Positions 9,617-20,677 of a stretch of 64,000 nucleotides of DNA are shown in pieces. Source of the DNA: Bythopirellula sp. (lineage in GTDB: Bacteria > Planctomycetota > Planctomycetia > Pirellulales > Lacipirellulaceae); NCBI GenBank assembly GCA_965216565.1, contig OZ244170.1, forward strand, positions 1,568,001 to 1,632,000, read 5' to 3'. The notes beneath the pieces were generated by a model, which made no database searches, was not told where the DNA came from, and was given only the letters and a program-made list of their open reading frames with translations. Both the position numbers and the translations under genes were made by a program. Numbering within the stretch: the first letter of the stretch is position 1; the number at the start of each line of letters is the position of its first letter.

Positions 9617-10558
9617 TTAGCCTGTCAAACCTTCAAACAGTGGCGTTGAGAGATAACGTTCACCCAGGCTGCACATGATGGTGACAATCCGCTTGCCAGC
9701 CATCTCGGGTCGAGCCGCCACTTTGGCTGCGGCACACATGTTCGCCCCACTGCTGATGCCGCCGAGGATGCCCTCTTCGCTCGCCAATCGTCGGGCCCAT
9801 TGGAAAGCTTCCTCGTTACTGACAGTGACCGTTTCGTCAACGATCGAGGTATCCAAGTTGCCGGGAATAAATCCAGCGCCGATGCCCTGAATTTTGTGCG
9901 GGCCAGGTTCTCCGCCACTGATGACCGGTGAATCGACCGGCTCGACAGCAATCGCTTTGAACTCTGGATTCTTTGATTTCAAGAATCGAGAAGCTCCTGT
10001 AATGGTGCCACCGGTGCCGACGCCGGCAATAATCGCATCGATCTTTTGTCCGGAGTCTTCCCAAATTTCAGGACCGGTGGTCGCTTCGTGGATTGCCGGG
10101 TTGGCTGGGTTCTCGAATTGCTGGGGCATCCAAGCGTTCTTGCCGGTTTCCACCAACTCGGTCGCTTTGGAAATGGCACCTTTCATGCCCTTGGCGGCGG
10201 GTGTCAAAACGATCTCCGCACCGAGAATTCGCAATAGGGCACGACGCTCTAGAGACATCGATTCTGGCATCGTCAATGTCAGCTTGTAGCCCTTGGCCGC
10301 ACAGACAAACGCCAAGGCGATCCCCGTATTGCCACTGGTGGGCTCGATGATGTGCGTGTCGGCGTTCACCTTGCCATCTTTCTCCCCCGCGGCGATCATT
10401 GCGGCGCCGATACGATCTTTCACGCTATTCAGCGGATTGAAAAACTCGCACTTGGCAAAAACGGTTGCGTGGCCTTCGGGGACCAGACGGTTAATCTGAA
10501 TCATGGGCGTATCGCCGACGGCTGCTGCTGCGTGCTCAAAAGTTTTGTTGCGGGGCAT
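9617..10558 (-). CDS. cysK: Cysteine synthase A
   Basis: SVKDRIG (PLP lysine), EPTSGNTG, GTGGT, PHKIQGIG, GERYLST. Confidence 0.95.
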   Translation of the reverse strand: MPRNKTFEHAAAAVGDTPMIQINRLVPEGHATVFAKCEFFNPLNSVKDRIGAAMIAAGEKDGKVNADTHIIEPTSGNTGIALAFVCAAKGYKLTLTMPESMSLERRALLRILGAEIVLTPAAKGMKGAISKATELVETGKNAWMPQQFENPANPAIHEATTGPEIWEDSGQKIDAIIAGVGTGGTITGASRFLKSKNPEFKAIAVEPVDSPVISGGEPGPHKIQGIGAGFIPGNLDTSIVDETVTVSNEEAFQWARRLASEEGILGGISSGANMCAAAKVAARPEMAGKRIVTIMCSLGERYLSTPLFEGLTG

Positions 10559-10710
10559 GATGGCTCCTGGGAGCTAAGGGGGAAATATGGAGAGTGAGAG
10601 AGTCCGCTAAGCCGTCTCTCCCATCGATTCACTGGTAGTTGCCTGGATTATCAACGTTCCCTCTCAGTCGAGCAACCCCGACGTGTGATCCCGACGGGCC
10701 ACCTAGTTGC

Positions 10711-13700
10711 TCATGGAGATTCTCGCAGTTTCCCATAGCCCCCACCGCCCGGTGTCTTGACGATCAGCCGATCGCCGGGTTCCACGTCTAGCTCGCAAAT
10801 ACCGGGGAGTTCCACTTGGTCGCCGCCGTCGGGGAGATAAACATTTCTACCCGCGGCCCCTGGCTCACCGCCTGCCATGCCGTAAGGTGGATGAGGACCC
10901 CGTCGCTGAGAAATCAGCGATAGCTTGAAGGAATCGAGAAACTCCAGCGTGCGGATTACCCCCTCGCCGCCCGACTGGGCTCCCTTCCCACCCGAGCCAT
11001 GCCTGATTGCGAACTGCCACAGCCGAATTGGGTGCCGTCGCTCGAGCACCTCCGGATCGGTCGCCCGCGTGTTGGTCATGTGAACCTGCACTGCTGTGGC
11101 TCCCGGTTGCTCGGCCGTGGCCCCGGAACCCCCGCAGATGGTTTCGTAGTAGCCGAACTTCTCGTTGCCAAAGAGCAGATTGTTCATGGTGCCCTGGCTG
11201 GCTCCGGCAATGCCGAGCGCACCCAACAGGACGTCGACCACACGCTGAGAGGTCTCCACGTTCCCCGCCGCCATGGCAGGAGAATCGATGGGGTCCGCAG
11301 CGGGCCCGGGATTCAACATGCACTCAGGTAGGTAGATCTCGACTGCCCTCAGCACACCCTCGTTGAGCGGGATATCTTCGTCGACCAGTAGTCTCAAAAC
11401 GTACAGCACCGCTGCCGTGACGATCGCCCGATTGGCATTCAAGTTCCCGGCAACGACGGGCGCACTCCCTGTGAAATCGAATATAGCCGCGGGGCTGTTT
11501 AGCTTTTGCGAGAATGTGATCGCTACCTGGATCGGTACGCTCTGGGAGTCGCTTGTCTCGAGATAGTCCACAAACGAACAACTTGTCTTGTGCAACTTGG
11601 CGACAGCAGCACGCACTTTCGATTCGGCTGCCGTTTGGATTGATTCCACATTCTCTTTGACGACCGGCAGACCATAGCTGGCGACCAAACCGAGCAAGTC
11701 GTGGGCGCCATGCAAGTTGGCCGCGACCTGGGCACGGATGTCGGCCAGATTCTCTGCAACGTTCCGGGAAGGGTAGGGCCCGGAAGAGAGGAGAGCTTCC
11801 AATTCCGACTCATGCGAGTTGCCGTTCTTAACAAGTGCGAAATTGCTGATCAAGACGCCTTCTTCGCCCAGGCGTTTCGAGTTGGGCGGCATCGAGCCGG
11901 GACGGATCCCACCGATTTCCGCATGATGAGCTCGACTGGCGGTGAAAAAGATTAGCTCTTGTGAATCTGACTGGAAGACCGGTGTGATGACCGTCACATC
12001 GGGAAGATGCGACCCGCCTCGGTAGGGATCGTTCGTCACAAAGACGTCGCCGGAAGACACATCCGGGTAAGCGGCCAGCGTGGCCCGCACGCTCTCTCCC
12101 ATCGCCCCCAGGTGCACCGGCACATGCGGGGCATTGGCAATAAGTTCGCCCTCTGCCGAGAAGATAGCGCAACTAAAGTCGAGTCGCTCCTTCACGTTGA
12201 CGCTACTCGCCGTGCGACGCAGCACATGGCCCATTTGCTCGGCGATTCCTGCAAATAGATTGCTAAAGATTTCCAGCATCACGGGACTGGATTCTACGAT
12301 CGCTGTGGGTTGCCCCTGCGAATCGGACTGATCAACAAGTAACACTTCGCCGCCCGAGAGCACTTCCGCTTGCCAGCCCGGTTCCACGACCATCGTGGAA
12401 TGAGCATCCGCAATGATTGCAGGCCCCGGGACGGCGTCCCCAGCATCAAGCTCAGTTCGCTCCCAGTAGTCTGCCTCAACTTCTTTGCCTTGGAAAACCG
12501 ACGTCGATCGGTTGGGCGTCTTCGGAAAACTCAGTTTGCATCGTTCCGTTTTCTCATCAGGCGCTGGATTCTTGCCAATGGCTTCCACACGAGCCGTCAC
12601 CAGTTCTAGGGACCGCCCCTGGTGAACATAGCCGAAGTTGCAACGATGTTCCGCTGCGAAGCTTTCAGCCAGGTCGACGTGAGGGGAGTAGAGTATATTC
12701 AGCGGAACGTCGGTTCCCTGGTATCTCACATCGACCGTTTGCCGAACCTCAATTTGCTCGGCAACAAAACCTTCTTCCGCAAGTTGTTGGACCGGCTCTG
12801 TGGACAGCGTATCAAATAGCGAGGGCAATTCTCGCAGCGTGTTTTCGTTGAGCTCTTTGGCAACACCCATGGCGGCATGCCGCGAGGCGTCGGCCTGGCC
12901 GATACCATAAGCACTGAGGATCGCTGCGTCGGGGTGAATGAGAATTTGCGCGATCCCCAATTCTCGCGCGATAGCGCAAGCATGTTGAGACCCCGCGCCC
13001 CCGAAGCAAACCAGCACATACTCGGCGGGGTCCGCCCCCTTGGCGATGGAGACACTGCGAATTGCCCGCACCATGTTCGCGTTGGCGATGTGCAAGAGCC
13101 CCTCGGCCAGTTCGTGCTCCGAGAGTACTTCGCCCGTGGTGGATTGCACGCGAGTAGCCAGTTCGGCGAGTCGATTTTCGGCTGCCCTACGGTTTAGTTG
13201 AAACGGAAAGTGGTCTACGGCGATTCGTCCCAGGAGGAGGTTTACGTCGGTGACCGTGAGCGGCCCGCCCCGTCCATAGCAGGCGGGACCTGGATCGGCT
13301 CCCGCGCTCTCTGGACCCACTACGAGGTTGGTGCCGTCGAAACCGCAAATCGACCCACCCCCTGCCGCCACCGTATCGATGGCCAGGGTGGGCGTCATGA
13401 TTCGCACACCTGCCTTGCGCGATTCGTATTCGTACGCGTAATGACCATCGAAGCGCGAGACATCGGTACTGGTGCCTCCCATGTCGAAACCAATCGCCTT
13501 GGAGAACCCAGCGGCCTGGGCGATTCGCGCGTAACCAACCACGCCTCCCGCGGGGCCGGAGAGCACACTTTGCGAACCGCGAAAATCGTCCGCTGGCACC
13601 AGACCTCCCGCGGAGGTCATGAACCGAATGTGACTTCCCGGCAAAGAATTCTGGAGATCTGCGAGGTAAGTCCTAAGCACCGGGTTCAAATAGGCATCGA

Positions 13701-14544
13701 CCACGGTGGTCTCCGCACGTGGAACGATCTTCACTAGCGGAGCGACATCGCTCGAGCAGCTTACCTCAGCAAAGCCGACCTCCTTGGCCAGTTGCTTGAT
13801 GCGCTGTTCGTGCTCAGGGTACAAATCGGCGTGCAAAAAACAGATCGCCAGAGATTCGATCCCTTGCTGCTTGAGCTTCTCTAAATATGCACGCAGCACT
13901 TCGTCTTCTGGCGTTTGCAAAACCTCACCGTCAGCCGTGACCCGCTCGTTGATTTCTACAGAGCGTTCCGTGAGCGGGGATGATTTACGAACCGCCAGAT
14001 CGAACAACCGTGGCCGTTCTTGGCTGCCAATTTCCAATAGGTCGCCGAATCCTTTGGTGATCAGCAGTGCCGACTTCGCTCCGGTACGGGTCAACAGGGC
14101 ATTCGTCCCCCGAGTGGTACCGAGCCGCAAGCGAACCGGCGGGACTTGCTCGCAAAGGGGCAAGCCTAACAGAAGTCGAATGGCCAGGACGGGGGCCTCT
14201 AAATCGCAGAAGAGCTCATAGTTTATCGCCGAATCCGCCGCGATTGGCTCCGCCAGTTCGATCGCGCCGGCTTTCGAGTCGAAAGAAACCACCTTGGTCT
14301 CGGCAACTGAGGCACCTGCTCGATCAAGCAATCGGCAGGAGAAATCGACCCAAAAGTCGATGGGATCGCCAATGCGTGCTGCGTCGAGAACACGCACCCC
14401 GCCAGAATCTGCACCGACGGTTCCCTTGGTGATGCCCGAGCTGAGGATCTTAAATCGCTGCTGGGTACCCTTGGGATCGCGCGCTACACAGTCGGTAAAC
14501 GTCCCACCGACGTCAATCCAGAATTCCCAGGGCAAAGCTTCCAT
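10711..14544 (-). CDS. 5-oxoprolinase / hydantoinase A+B fusion
   Basis: [52 protein letters not shown]; start placed at MEALPW. Confidence 0.92.
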   Translation of the reverse strand: MEALPWEFWIDVGGTFTDCVARDPKGTQQRFKILSSGITKGTVGADSGGVRVLDAARIGDPIDFWVDFSCRLLDRAGASVAETKVVSFDSKAGAIELAEPIAADSAINYELFCDLEAPVLAIRLLLGLPLCEQVPPVRLRLGTTRGTNALLTRTGAKSALLITKGFGDLLEIGSQERPRLFDLAVRKSSPLTERSVEINERVTADGEVLQTPEDEVLRAYLEKLKQQGIESLAICFLHADLYPEHEQRIKQLAKEVGFAEVSCSSDVAPLVKIVPRAETTVVDAYLNPVLRTYLADLQNSLPGSHIRFMTSAGGLVPADDFRGSQSVLSGPAGGVVGYARIAQAAGFSKAIGFDMGGTSTDVSRFDGHYAYEYESRKAGVRIMTPTLAIDTVAAGGGSICGFDGTNLVVGPESAGADPGPACYGRGGPLTVTDVNLLLGRIAVDHFPFQLNRRAAENRLAELATRVQSTTGEVLSEHELAEGLLHIANANMVRAIRSVSIAKGADPAEYVLVCFGGAGSQHACAIARELGIAQILIHPDAAILSAYGIGQADASRHAAMGVAKELNENTLRELPSLFDTLSTEPVQQLAEEGFVAEQIEVRQTVDVRYQGTDVPLNILYSPHVDLAESFAAEHRCNFGYVHQGRSLELVTARVEAIGKNPAPDEKTERCKLSFPKTPNRSTSVFQGKEVEADYWERTELDAGDAVPGPAIIADAHSTMVVEPGWQAEVLSGGEVLLVDQSDSQGQPTAIVESSPVMLEIFSNLFAGIAEQMGHVLRRTASSVNVKERLDFSCAIFSAEGELIANAPHVPVHLGAMGESVRATLAAYPDVSSGDVFVTNDPYRGGSHLPDVTVITPVFQSDSQELIFFTASRAHHAEIGGIRPGSMPPNSKRLGEEGVLISNFALVKNGNSHESELEALLSSGPYPSRNVAENLADIRAQVAANLHGAHDLLGLVASYGLPVVKENVESIQTAAESKVRAAVAKLHKTSCSFVDYLETSDSQSVPIQVAITFSQKLNSPAAIFDFTGSAPVVAGNLNANRAIVTAAVLYVLRLLVDEDIPLNEGVLRAVEIYLPECMLNPGPAADPIDSPAMAAGNVETSQRVVDVLLGALGIAGASQGTMNNLLFGNEKFGYYETICGGSGATAEQPGATAVQVHMTNTRATDPEVLERRHPIRLWQFAIRHGSGGKGAQSGGEGVIRTLEFLDSFKLSLISQRRGPHPPYGMAGGEPGAAGRNVYLPDGGDQVELPGICELDVEPGDRLIVKTPGGGGYGKLRESP

Positions 14545-14618
14545 CTGGGAGATCTTATCACAAGAGTTGCCAAATCTGTATGAGCCCCGCGACTGAACTC
14601 GCCGCAAGCGGTGCCAAG

Positions 14619-14714
14619 TGAACCAGATGCCAGAACGACGAGCCCCCCACAGGCGAGCGAACAATCACAAGGAGTTGTCCGCTGCGCCCTTCGTCGTTCT
14701 GGAATCCTGGCTCA
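14619..14714 (-). other. Long intergenic stem-loop
   Basis: On the minus strand TGAGCCAGGATTCCAGAACGACG pairs with CGTCGTTCTGGCATCTGGTTCA; inner helix AGCGGACAA/TTGTTCGCT. Confidence 0.55.
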
Positions 14715-14720
14715 AGAAAT

Positions 14721-15743
14721 CTAGCGTCTGAGATTGCGATTGAATTTTCGCCACGCCGTGGAGATGCCGTTCCCCTGAGAAGACTTGCTACTCCGTTTGC
14801 GGGTTAAATCCGCTAGCGTTCTCCCTGGTGGGGGATCCACAAAGAACTCTGGATCGTCGATGACCCACGGTGTCGACCAATTCTTGCCATTGTCCCAGTT
14901 GGCAACGTTTAGGAAGAACACATCAAAGTAGGTACATTTCGAGCCGTACGGAAAACTCGAATACAGATGGTCTTCTTCGGTCAAATCTTCGACACCTGCG
15001 TGTGCATAGTAATGCACCTGACCGTCGGGCGTGAACGACATGCCGAAGGTCCACCAGCCTGGTTCGTAGATCTTCGGACCGCCGAAGTCGCGACCGTTGG
15101 GTTGGGCCCGAAAGCTGATCTGTGCAAAATCTTTGTCAAACCGCTTACTCGTCTCACTGCGGAACAGAACAAAGAAACCGGGCCAATAGGGCTCGACTTC
15201 GCCGTCGCGAGTTTTACCGCGTACGTCCGCGCGGATTCCAAAGGACGCGCCGGTGCGATTTTCCCATTGATCGAACTCGGGCAGGTAAACCCGCACCGTG
15301 CAACTCGGTTTCCAACTGACGTGAACCGGGCGACCGATTCTGGTAGAAACGCCCATCAACAGGTCGTCTTGCATTTGAATCCCGCTCAGCTTGCCAGGGA
15401 TGCCGGAAAGCCGGGTCCGCATCAACAACGCTCCTTTGCTCCCTGCCAGTCCGCCTGGAGGTGTCTGCACTCGTTTCACTACATCGGGTTGGCCCCGCAT
15501 TCCACTTTCGTACCAGCGGCCATTGTTGGATTTGCCGCCCGGTGGCCGTTGCTGCTCATCCTGCTCGTAGCTCGCCTTGGCTCCGTTCATTTTGTACGAC
15601 CAACGAGGGTCTTCAAAATTGTCGCCCACTTGGGGCACCTTCACGCCTTCGCCAGGGACAAAGGCAGTGTCGCCCTGCGCGTAAGGAGTCGACAGCATGA
15701 ACAAGCACGTCAGCAGCAGAGCAAAAAAACAGCGGTGGACCAT
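14721..15743 (-). CDS. Secreted hypothetical protein
   Basis: Long ORF with a signal-peptide-like N-terminus (MVHRCFFALLLTCLFMLSTPYAQG); Trp/Gly/Pro-rich. Confidence 0.7.
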   Translation of the reverse strand: MVHRCFFALLLTCLFMLSTPYAQGDTAFVPGEGVKVPQVGDNFEDPRWSYKMNGAKASYEQDEQQRPPGGKSNNGRWYESGMRGQPDVVKRVQTPPGGLAGSKGALLMRTRLSGIPGKLSGIQMQDDLLMGVSTRIGRPVHVSWKPSCTVRVYLPEFDQWENRTGASFGIRADVRGKTRDGEVEPYWPGFFVLFRSETSKRFDKDFAQISFRAQPNGRDFGGPKIYEPGWWTFGMSFTPDGQVHYYAHAGVEDLTEEDHLYSSFPYGSKCTYFDVFFLNVANWDNGKNWSTPWVIDDPEFFVDPPPGRTLADLTRKRSSKSSQGNGISTAWRKFNRNLRR

Positions 15744-15966
15744 CCTTGGTCTCCGGATAGAACAAAAAAGTAGAGTTATCAGACTAGTACAGTGTTTCAA
15801 CTTGAATCATGAGTTTGCTCAATAGCCGGACCGCCATGCGGTCCGGATGACTCCGGAGGCAAGTGTGCCTCCGGCTATTTAGGCGTACTCCAAATTCTTA
15901 GCTGAGACAGTGTGCTAGAACCAGTATCGGCAGAAACTGCGCAATCGTTAAACCTTTCCAGGCGTG

Positions 15967-16365
15967 CTAGCTCTCCGCCTGGGTACCGAGGGCTTCGGCG
16001 ATACGCAAATCCACAACCTGTAAGAGCAGATCGTGCAATCCCAGCGGGGCGGTTACCACGTGATCGACGCCTGGCTGCTGGTCAGCAGCCTCTTTCACCA
16101 AGCGAGGAATATCCTGAGAAGAATGGCGGCCGGGCCCAAGAAAATAAGGCATCACGACGACCCGCCCGGCCCCTCGCTCCACGCAGCGAGCAAACGCCGT
16201 TGCAATCGAGGGCTCCGCTAGCTCCATGTGTGCCGGTTCAACGATTTCCCAATCAAACTTTGCGCGGAAGGCCTCGGCAATCTCTAGGAGCAACTCGTTG
16301 CTAGCGGCAACTTTTGAGCCATGATCGACTAAAATCACGGCAGTACAAATTGCATCGGTATCCAT
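15967..16365 (-). CDS. Short CbiX/SirB-family tetrapyrrole chelatase
   Basis: ILVDHGS, HMELAEP, PYFLGPGRH...DIP, APLG. Confidence 0.85.
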   Translation of the reverse strand: MDTDAICTAVILVDHGSKVAASNELLLEIAEAFRAKFDWEIVEPAHMELAEPSIATAFARCVERGAGRVVVMPYFLGPGRHSSQDIPRLVKEAADQQPGVDHVVTAPLGLHDLLLQVVDLRIAEALGTQAES

Positions 16366-16437
16366 TCAACCGCAGCCTTCTTAGTGATCTGAGAATGTCC
16401 GCGAATTCAGCGAGGAACTTACCAACGCGGCGCCTGG

Positions 16438-16512
16438 TGTTACTGCGAGGTTTGCTGAGGAATTTGGCTAGATCCCTCGGCGGATCTCGGGATGACAATT
16501 ACTGACGTAGCT
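16438..16512. repeat. Palindromic REP/MITE-like element, degenerate copy
   Basis: 65/75 identical (counted by eye) to 36884-36958. Confidence 0.85.
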
Positions 16513-16566
16513 AAACAAGTTCGTTGGATAAAGCACAACGCATCCTCGTCAATACGTCACCAAGTA

Positions 16567-16851
16567 TTAGTTCTTGTAAATCTTGTGCTGGGGTCGACCA
16601 GAGAGAATCTGTTCTTTGCCCCAATTGGTCACGCCGCGGAACTCGTCGCTGCGGATGAAGTTGGTGAATGCCTCTTCGTCGGACCACTCGCTGGTGATCA
16701 GATAAGACGCCCCATCGGCGGTATCCTTCCACAGCGTACTGTTGGTATGTCCCTCGGCCGCATTGAGCGCATCGATCACCGCGGCAAACTTTTCTTCAAA
16801 ATCTTGTTGCTTGCCTTCGATAACGTGATAGTTCATCCCTACGGTGATCAT
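16567..16851 (-). CDS. Antibiotic biosynthesis monooxygenase (ABM) family protein
   Basis: 94 aa with the ABM pattern (EGKQQDFE...YLITSEWSDEEAF...F). Confidence 0.8.
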   Translation of the reverse strand: MITVGMNYHVIEGKQQDFEEKFAAVIDALNAAEGHTNSTLWKDTADGASYLITSEWSDEEAFTNFIRSDEFRGVTNWGKEQILSGRPQHKIYKN

Positions 16852-16891
16852 CGAGTTAGTTTCTCCGCTTCAAATGTGAAAAAAAAGTAGG

Positions 16892-17164
16892 TTACTCGTC
16901 TTCTGGCTCACCAACGTCAACCTTCGACCAATCAATCGGCTCTTCGTCGTTGGGGTGATTATCCAGGATCTCCCGTGCCTTTTCGACTTCGCTCTGTTTG
17001 ACGAGGATTTCGACGACTCCGGGTGCCTCGGCCTTGAAGCCTGCCGTAAAGCCGCCAACGGCTTGTGCTTTTACGCCTCCAGCCTCTAGGGCAGCTACGA
17101 TGGCGGCCGCTTCCATATCGTTGGGTGCGGTGATCAGTGTGACGGGGTTGTCGGAGTTTTCCAT
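16892..17164 (-). CDS. DUF2007-like putative signal-transducing protein
   Basis: EAAAIVAALEAGGVKA...VEILV...EKAREIL pattern. Confidence 0.7.
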   Translation of the reverse strand: MENSDNPVTLITAPNDMEAAAIVAALEAGGVKAQAVGGFTAGFKAEAPGVVEILVKQSEVEKAREILDNHPNDEEPIDWSKVDVGEPEDE

Positions 17165-17172
17165 GTGTCCAC

Positions 17173-17421
17173 CTAAATTAGCCCCACAGATTTACTGCGG
17201 CCGTTCTCTTGGATATCCACCTTACCTTCGCGCGCCAGCCAACCAATCGCCAGCATCACTTGATCCCGGGGGGCGTCGATCTCCTTGGAAACTTGCGTCA
17301 GGGACGAATTCCCTTGTTTGTCGAGAAAATGCCATACTTCGCCGGCAATTTCCCCCACGCGGTCGATGCCGGTAAGCTTGGGTGCCGGGGGCGGTGCCGG
17401 TTTGGCTTTCTTGCGTGCCAT
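17173..17421 (-). CDS. Small winged-helix protein (DUF2582-like)
   Basis: VGEIAGEVWHFL...AIGWLAREGKV. Confidence 0.8.
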   Translation of the reverse strand: MARKKAKPAPPPAPKLTGIDRVGEIAGEVWHFLDKQGNSSLTQVSKEIDAPRDQVMLAIGWLAREGKVDIQENGRSKSVGLI

Positions 17422-17514
17422 GGGAGTCCCTCATCCGAGTAATGGTGTGCAATACACAGGTCTGACAGCCGATTGTATCCCGCCCAACCCTATTGGCAAA
17501 GCCTGTCGTTGCTG

Positions 17515-18834
17515 TCAGTCCTCTCCGCGGAGTTTCTCTCTGAGCTCTTGCAATCGAGCCGCGATTTGCTGCTCAAACCCCCGATCGGTGGGACGGTAGT
17601 ACTCCTTCTCCACCCCTAAATACTCCTGAGCCACCACACCATCTTCCGAGTTGTGGGCATACTCGTACCCTTGGCCATGTCCCAGACGCTTGGATCCTGC
17701 ATAGTGACCATCTCGCAGATGCATCGGCACGGGGACCGTACGGCCTTGTTGAACGTCTGCCGCTGCCTCCCCGATGGCAACGGTTGCCGAATTCGACTTG
17801 GGCGCACACGCCAGATAGAGCACCGCCTGGGCCAAATTCAGTTGACACTCCGGCAGCCCCACAAATTCGCAGGCCTGCATCGTGGCGACCGCCAAGGGCA
17901 ACGCCTGCGGATCGGCATTTCCCACGTCTTCGCTGGCTAAAATGACAAGGCGGCGAGTCAGGAATCGCACTTCTTCCCCGCCAGCCAGCATTCTAGCCAA
18001 CCAATAGATGGACGCATCGGGATCGCTGCCTCGAATGCTTTTGATCAATGCACTAATCGAGTCGTAGTGCGAGTCGCCATCGCGGTCGTACTGAATCGCT
18101 TTACGCTGCATCGATTCGGCAGCCAACTCCAGCGTGAACTCTACCGGGCTTTCCTCGGTCGACAGAACGCCAATCTCCAAGGCACTCAAAGCTTGACGAG
18201 CATCGCCGTCCGAGGTGGAGCATAAAAACGACAAGGCATCGTCGTCGAGCCGCACGTCGTACCGGCCCAGCCCTCGCTCTTTGTCGGCCAGAGCGCGGCG
18301 GACAACGGTCGCGATTTCCTCCTCTGTCAGCGGGTGGAATTCAAATACACGACTTCGACTCACCAAGGCACTATTCACGGCGAAGAATGGATTGGATGTG
18401 GTCGCTCCGACCAAGATGACAGTGCCTTCTTCCACGTCGGGCAACAACGCGTCTTGCTGCGATTTGCTAAAGCGGTGAATCTCGTCAATAAACAACAGGG
18501 TCCTGCTGCCCTCGGCAGATAGATTCTCCCGGGCTTCGTCCAATACTGCCCGCAGGTCCTTCACGCCACTGGTGACGGCGTTGAGCTGGCGAAACCGGCA
18601 GCGAGTTTCCGTGGCCGAGAGATGCGCGAGCGTCGTTTTTCCAGTTCCTGGTGGACCGTAGAAGAGCAGGGCGGTGAGCCGATCGGCCTTGATTAACCGC
18701 CACAGCAGTTTGCCTTCGCCGAGAAAGTCCTGCTGGCCAACGAATTCTGCGAGCGACCTGGGCCGCATCCGCGCCGCCAGGGGTTGGGCTTGCCGCCGAT
18801 TATCTGCCTCTGCTGCCTCAAATAGAGAAGCCAC
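17515..18834 (-). CDS. rarA: Replication-associated recombination protein A (AAA+ ATPase)
   Basis: PLAARMRP, GPPGTGKTT, FIDEIHRF, KSIRGSDPDA, ASEDVG; GTG start preceded by an AGGAG RBS. Confidence 0.93.
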   Translation of the reverse strand: MASLFEAAEADNRRQAQPLAARMRPRSLAEFVGQQDFLGEGKLLWRLIKADRLTALLFYGPPGTGKTTLAHLSATETRCRFRQLNAVTSGVKDLRAVLDEARENLSAEGSRTLLFIDEIHRFSKSQQDALLPDVEEGTVILVGATTSNPFFAVNSALVSRSRVFEFHPLTEEEIATVVRRALADKERGLGRYDVRLDDDALSFLCSTSDGDARQALSALEIGVLSTEESPVEFTLELAAESMQRKAIQYDRDGDSHYDSISALIKSIRGSDPDASIYWLARMLAGGEEVRFLTRRLVILASEDVGNADPQALPLAVATMQACEFVGLPECQLNLAQAVLYLACAPKSNSATVAIGEAAADVQQGRTVPVPMHLRDGHYAGSKRLGHGQGYEYAHNSEDGVVAQEYLGVEKEYYRPTDRGFEQQIAARLQELREKLRGED

Positions 18835-19093
18835 CAGCAGGCTCCTTTCAATTAATTGAATATCCCTCACTCCTGTCTGCGGGGCGGGGGCTTCTAGAAC
18901 TGCAATAACCAGCAACACCTTCACAATTGTTGCAAGTGAATCACTTTGTGTCGCTAAGCATAACGGTAATAACGGCAGATTTTGCCTACCTTAAGAAATC
19001 CTAGGCACAGGTCCGATCCTAGAAGGGCGTCGATTTTTCGCCCCCCGCAACGTTCGCCTCAATACTCCCCCCTCCGCACAAAGGCAATTTCCT

Positions 19094-20524
19094 ATGAGAC
19101 ACTATGACTGTGTCGTGATTGGCACCGGACCCGCAGGCCAGAAAGCGGCCATTCAAGCCGCCAAACTAGGCAAGCGCGTTGCTATTATTGAGAAAAACAA
19201 AGTATTAGGCGGAGCTCAGATCAACACGGGCACCATACCTTCCAAGGCGCTGCGCGAAGCCGTGTTGCACCTGACCGGCGGCAACCAGCGCCACATGTTT
19301 GGACAGTCCTGCCAGGCGAAGGAGGAAATCACGATTGCCGACTTGGTGAGTTTCTCGCAGCAGGTCATCCGCCGCGAGTGGGAGGTGATCCGAAGCCAAT
19401 TTGAGCGGAACGGGGTGGAATTGCTGTGGGGCAGGGCGCGATTCGTCGGCCCCAACGAAGTGGTGGTTGAAAGCCAGGACGGTGAGCAAGTCATCTCTGC
19501 CGACAACTTCCTGCTGGGCGTGGGAACCAAACCGGCTCGTCCCACCAACGTCCCCTTTAACGGCAAGACGGTTTTCACCAGCGACGAAGTACTGCATCTG
19601 GACCACTTGCCCAAGACGATGATCGTGGTTGGCGGTGGAGTCATCGGCACGGAATACGCCTGTATCATGGCGACTCTGGGAGTTCGCGTCACGCTGATCG
19701 AAGGCCGCGACAAGGTACTTGGATTTCTCGATCAAGAGATTGCCGACGCCTTCCAATATTTCATGCGTCAAAGCGGAATCACCCTGCGATTGGGTGAAAA
19801 GGTGGAATCGATCGAAGAGGTAACGATCGAGAACGGCACCGTTCGTCACCTGGTTGAAGCTCAGCTTGAGTCCGGCAAGCGACTGCACGCCCAGACGTTG
19901 CTGTACGCGGTAGGACGGCAAGGCGTATGCAAAGATCTGGGACTCGAGAACGTCGGCATCGAGTTTGACGACCGCGAACGATTGCACGTCAATGACTATT
20001 ACCAAACCAATGTGGGGCACGTGTACGCCGCCGGCGATGTGATTGGTTTCCCAGCCCTTGCCTCGACGAGCATGGAACAGGGCCGTCGCGCCATCTGCCA
20101 TGCCTTTGAATGCAAAGACGTTGAGAACTACAACACGTCGCTGTTTCCTTATGGAATTTATGCAGTGCCTGAAATCTCGATGGTCGGCAAGACCGAAGAG
20201 CAGCTCACGGCCGAGGGAATTCCCTACGAATCTGGCGTGGCCCACTATCGAGAAATCGCGCGTGGCCAGCTCTTGGGCGACGAAATTGGCATGCTCAAGA
20301 TGTTGATCCATCAAGACACGCACAAGATCCTCGGGGTCCATGTCATCGGCACCGGGGCCACCGAATTGATCCACATCGGGCAAGCGGTGATGACGCTCGA
20401 CGGCGATGCGGAGTTCTTCGTCAACAACGTCTTCAACTTTCCGACGCTCGCTGAGTGTTACAAAGTGGCCGCCTACCATGGACTGAATAAGCTAAACGAC
20501 GTCTACAGTTTGGCGGCAGTTTAG
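19094..20524 (+). CDS. sthA: Soluble pyridine nucleotide transhydrogenase
   Basis: GTGPAG, TGTIPSKALRE (no redox-active Cys pair), GGGVIGTEYA, GFPALASTSMEQGR, FNFPTLAECYKVAA. Confidence 0.9.
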   Translation: MRHYDCVVIGTGPAGQKAAIQAAKLGKRVAIIEKNKVLGGAQINTGTIPSKALREAVLHLTGGNQRHMFGQSCQAKEEITIADLVSFSQQVIRREWEVIRSQFERNGVELLWGRARFVGPNEVVVESQDGEQVISADNFLLGVGTKPARPTNVPFNGKTVFTSDEVLHLDHLPKTMIVVGGGVIGTEYACIMATLGVRVTLIEGRDKVLGFLDQEIADAFQYFMRQSGITLRLGEKVESIEEVTIENGTVRHLVEAQLESGKRLHAQTLLYAVGRQGVCKDLGLENVGIEFDDRERLHVNDYYQTNVGHVYAAGDVIGFPALASTSMEQGRRAICHAFECKDVENYNTSLFPYGIYAVPEISMVGKTEEQLTAEGIPYESGVAHYREIARGQLLGDEIGMLKMLIHQDTHKILGVHVIGTGATELIHIGQAVMTLDGDAEFFVNNVFNFPTLAECYKVAAYHGLNKLNDVYSLAAV

Positions 20525-20677
20525 TAAGGTTCGGGGCGTGAGATTTGCCTCGCAATGGCTTTAAGCCACAACTGAGCCGTCGGCTCACGGAATGGGCCAA
20601 TCCACGGTAGCGACCTCGTCGCCACTTTTCTGCGCTGCGATTGTTGAGTATCTTTCACAGATACCCTGATCCGTTTA

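Noticed and set aside
14967..15773. 268-aa plus-strand ORF
   Set aside because: Antisense shadow of the signal-peptide-bearing minus-strand gene.
19205..20479. 424-aa antisense ORF
   Set aside because: Shadow of sthA on the opposite strand; no recognisable motifs.
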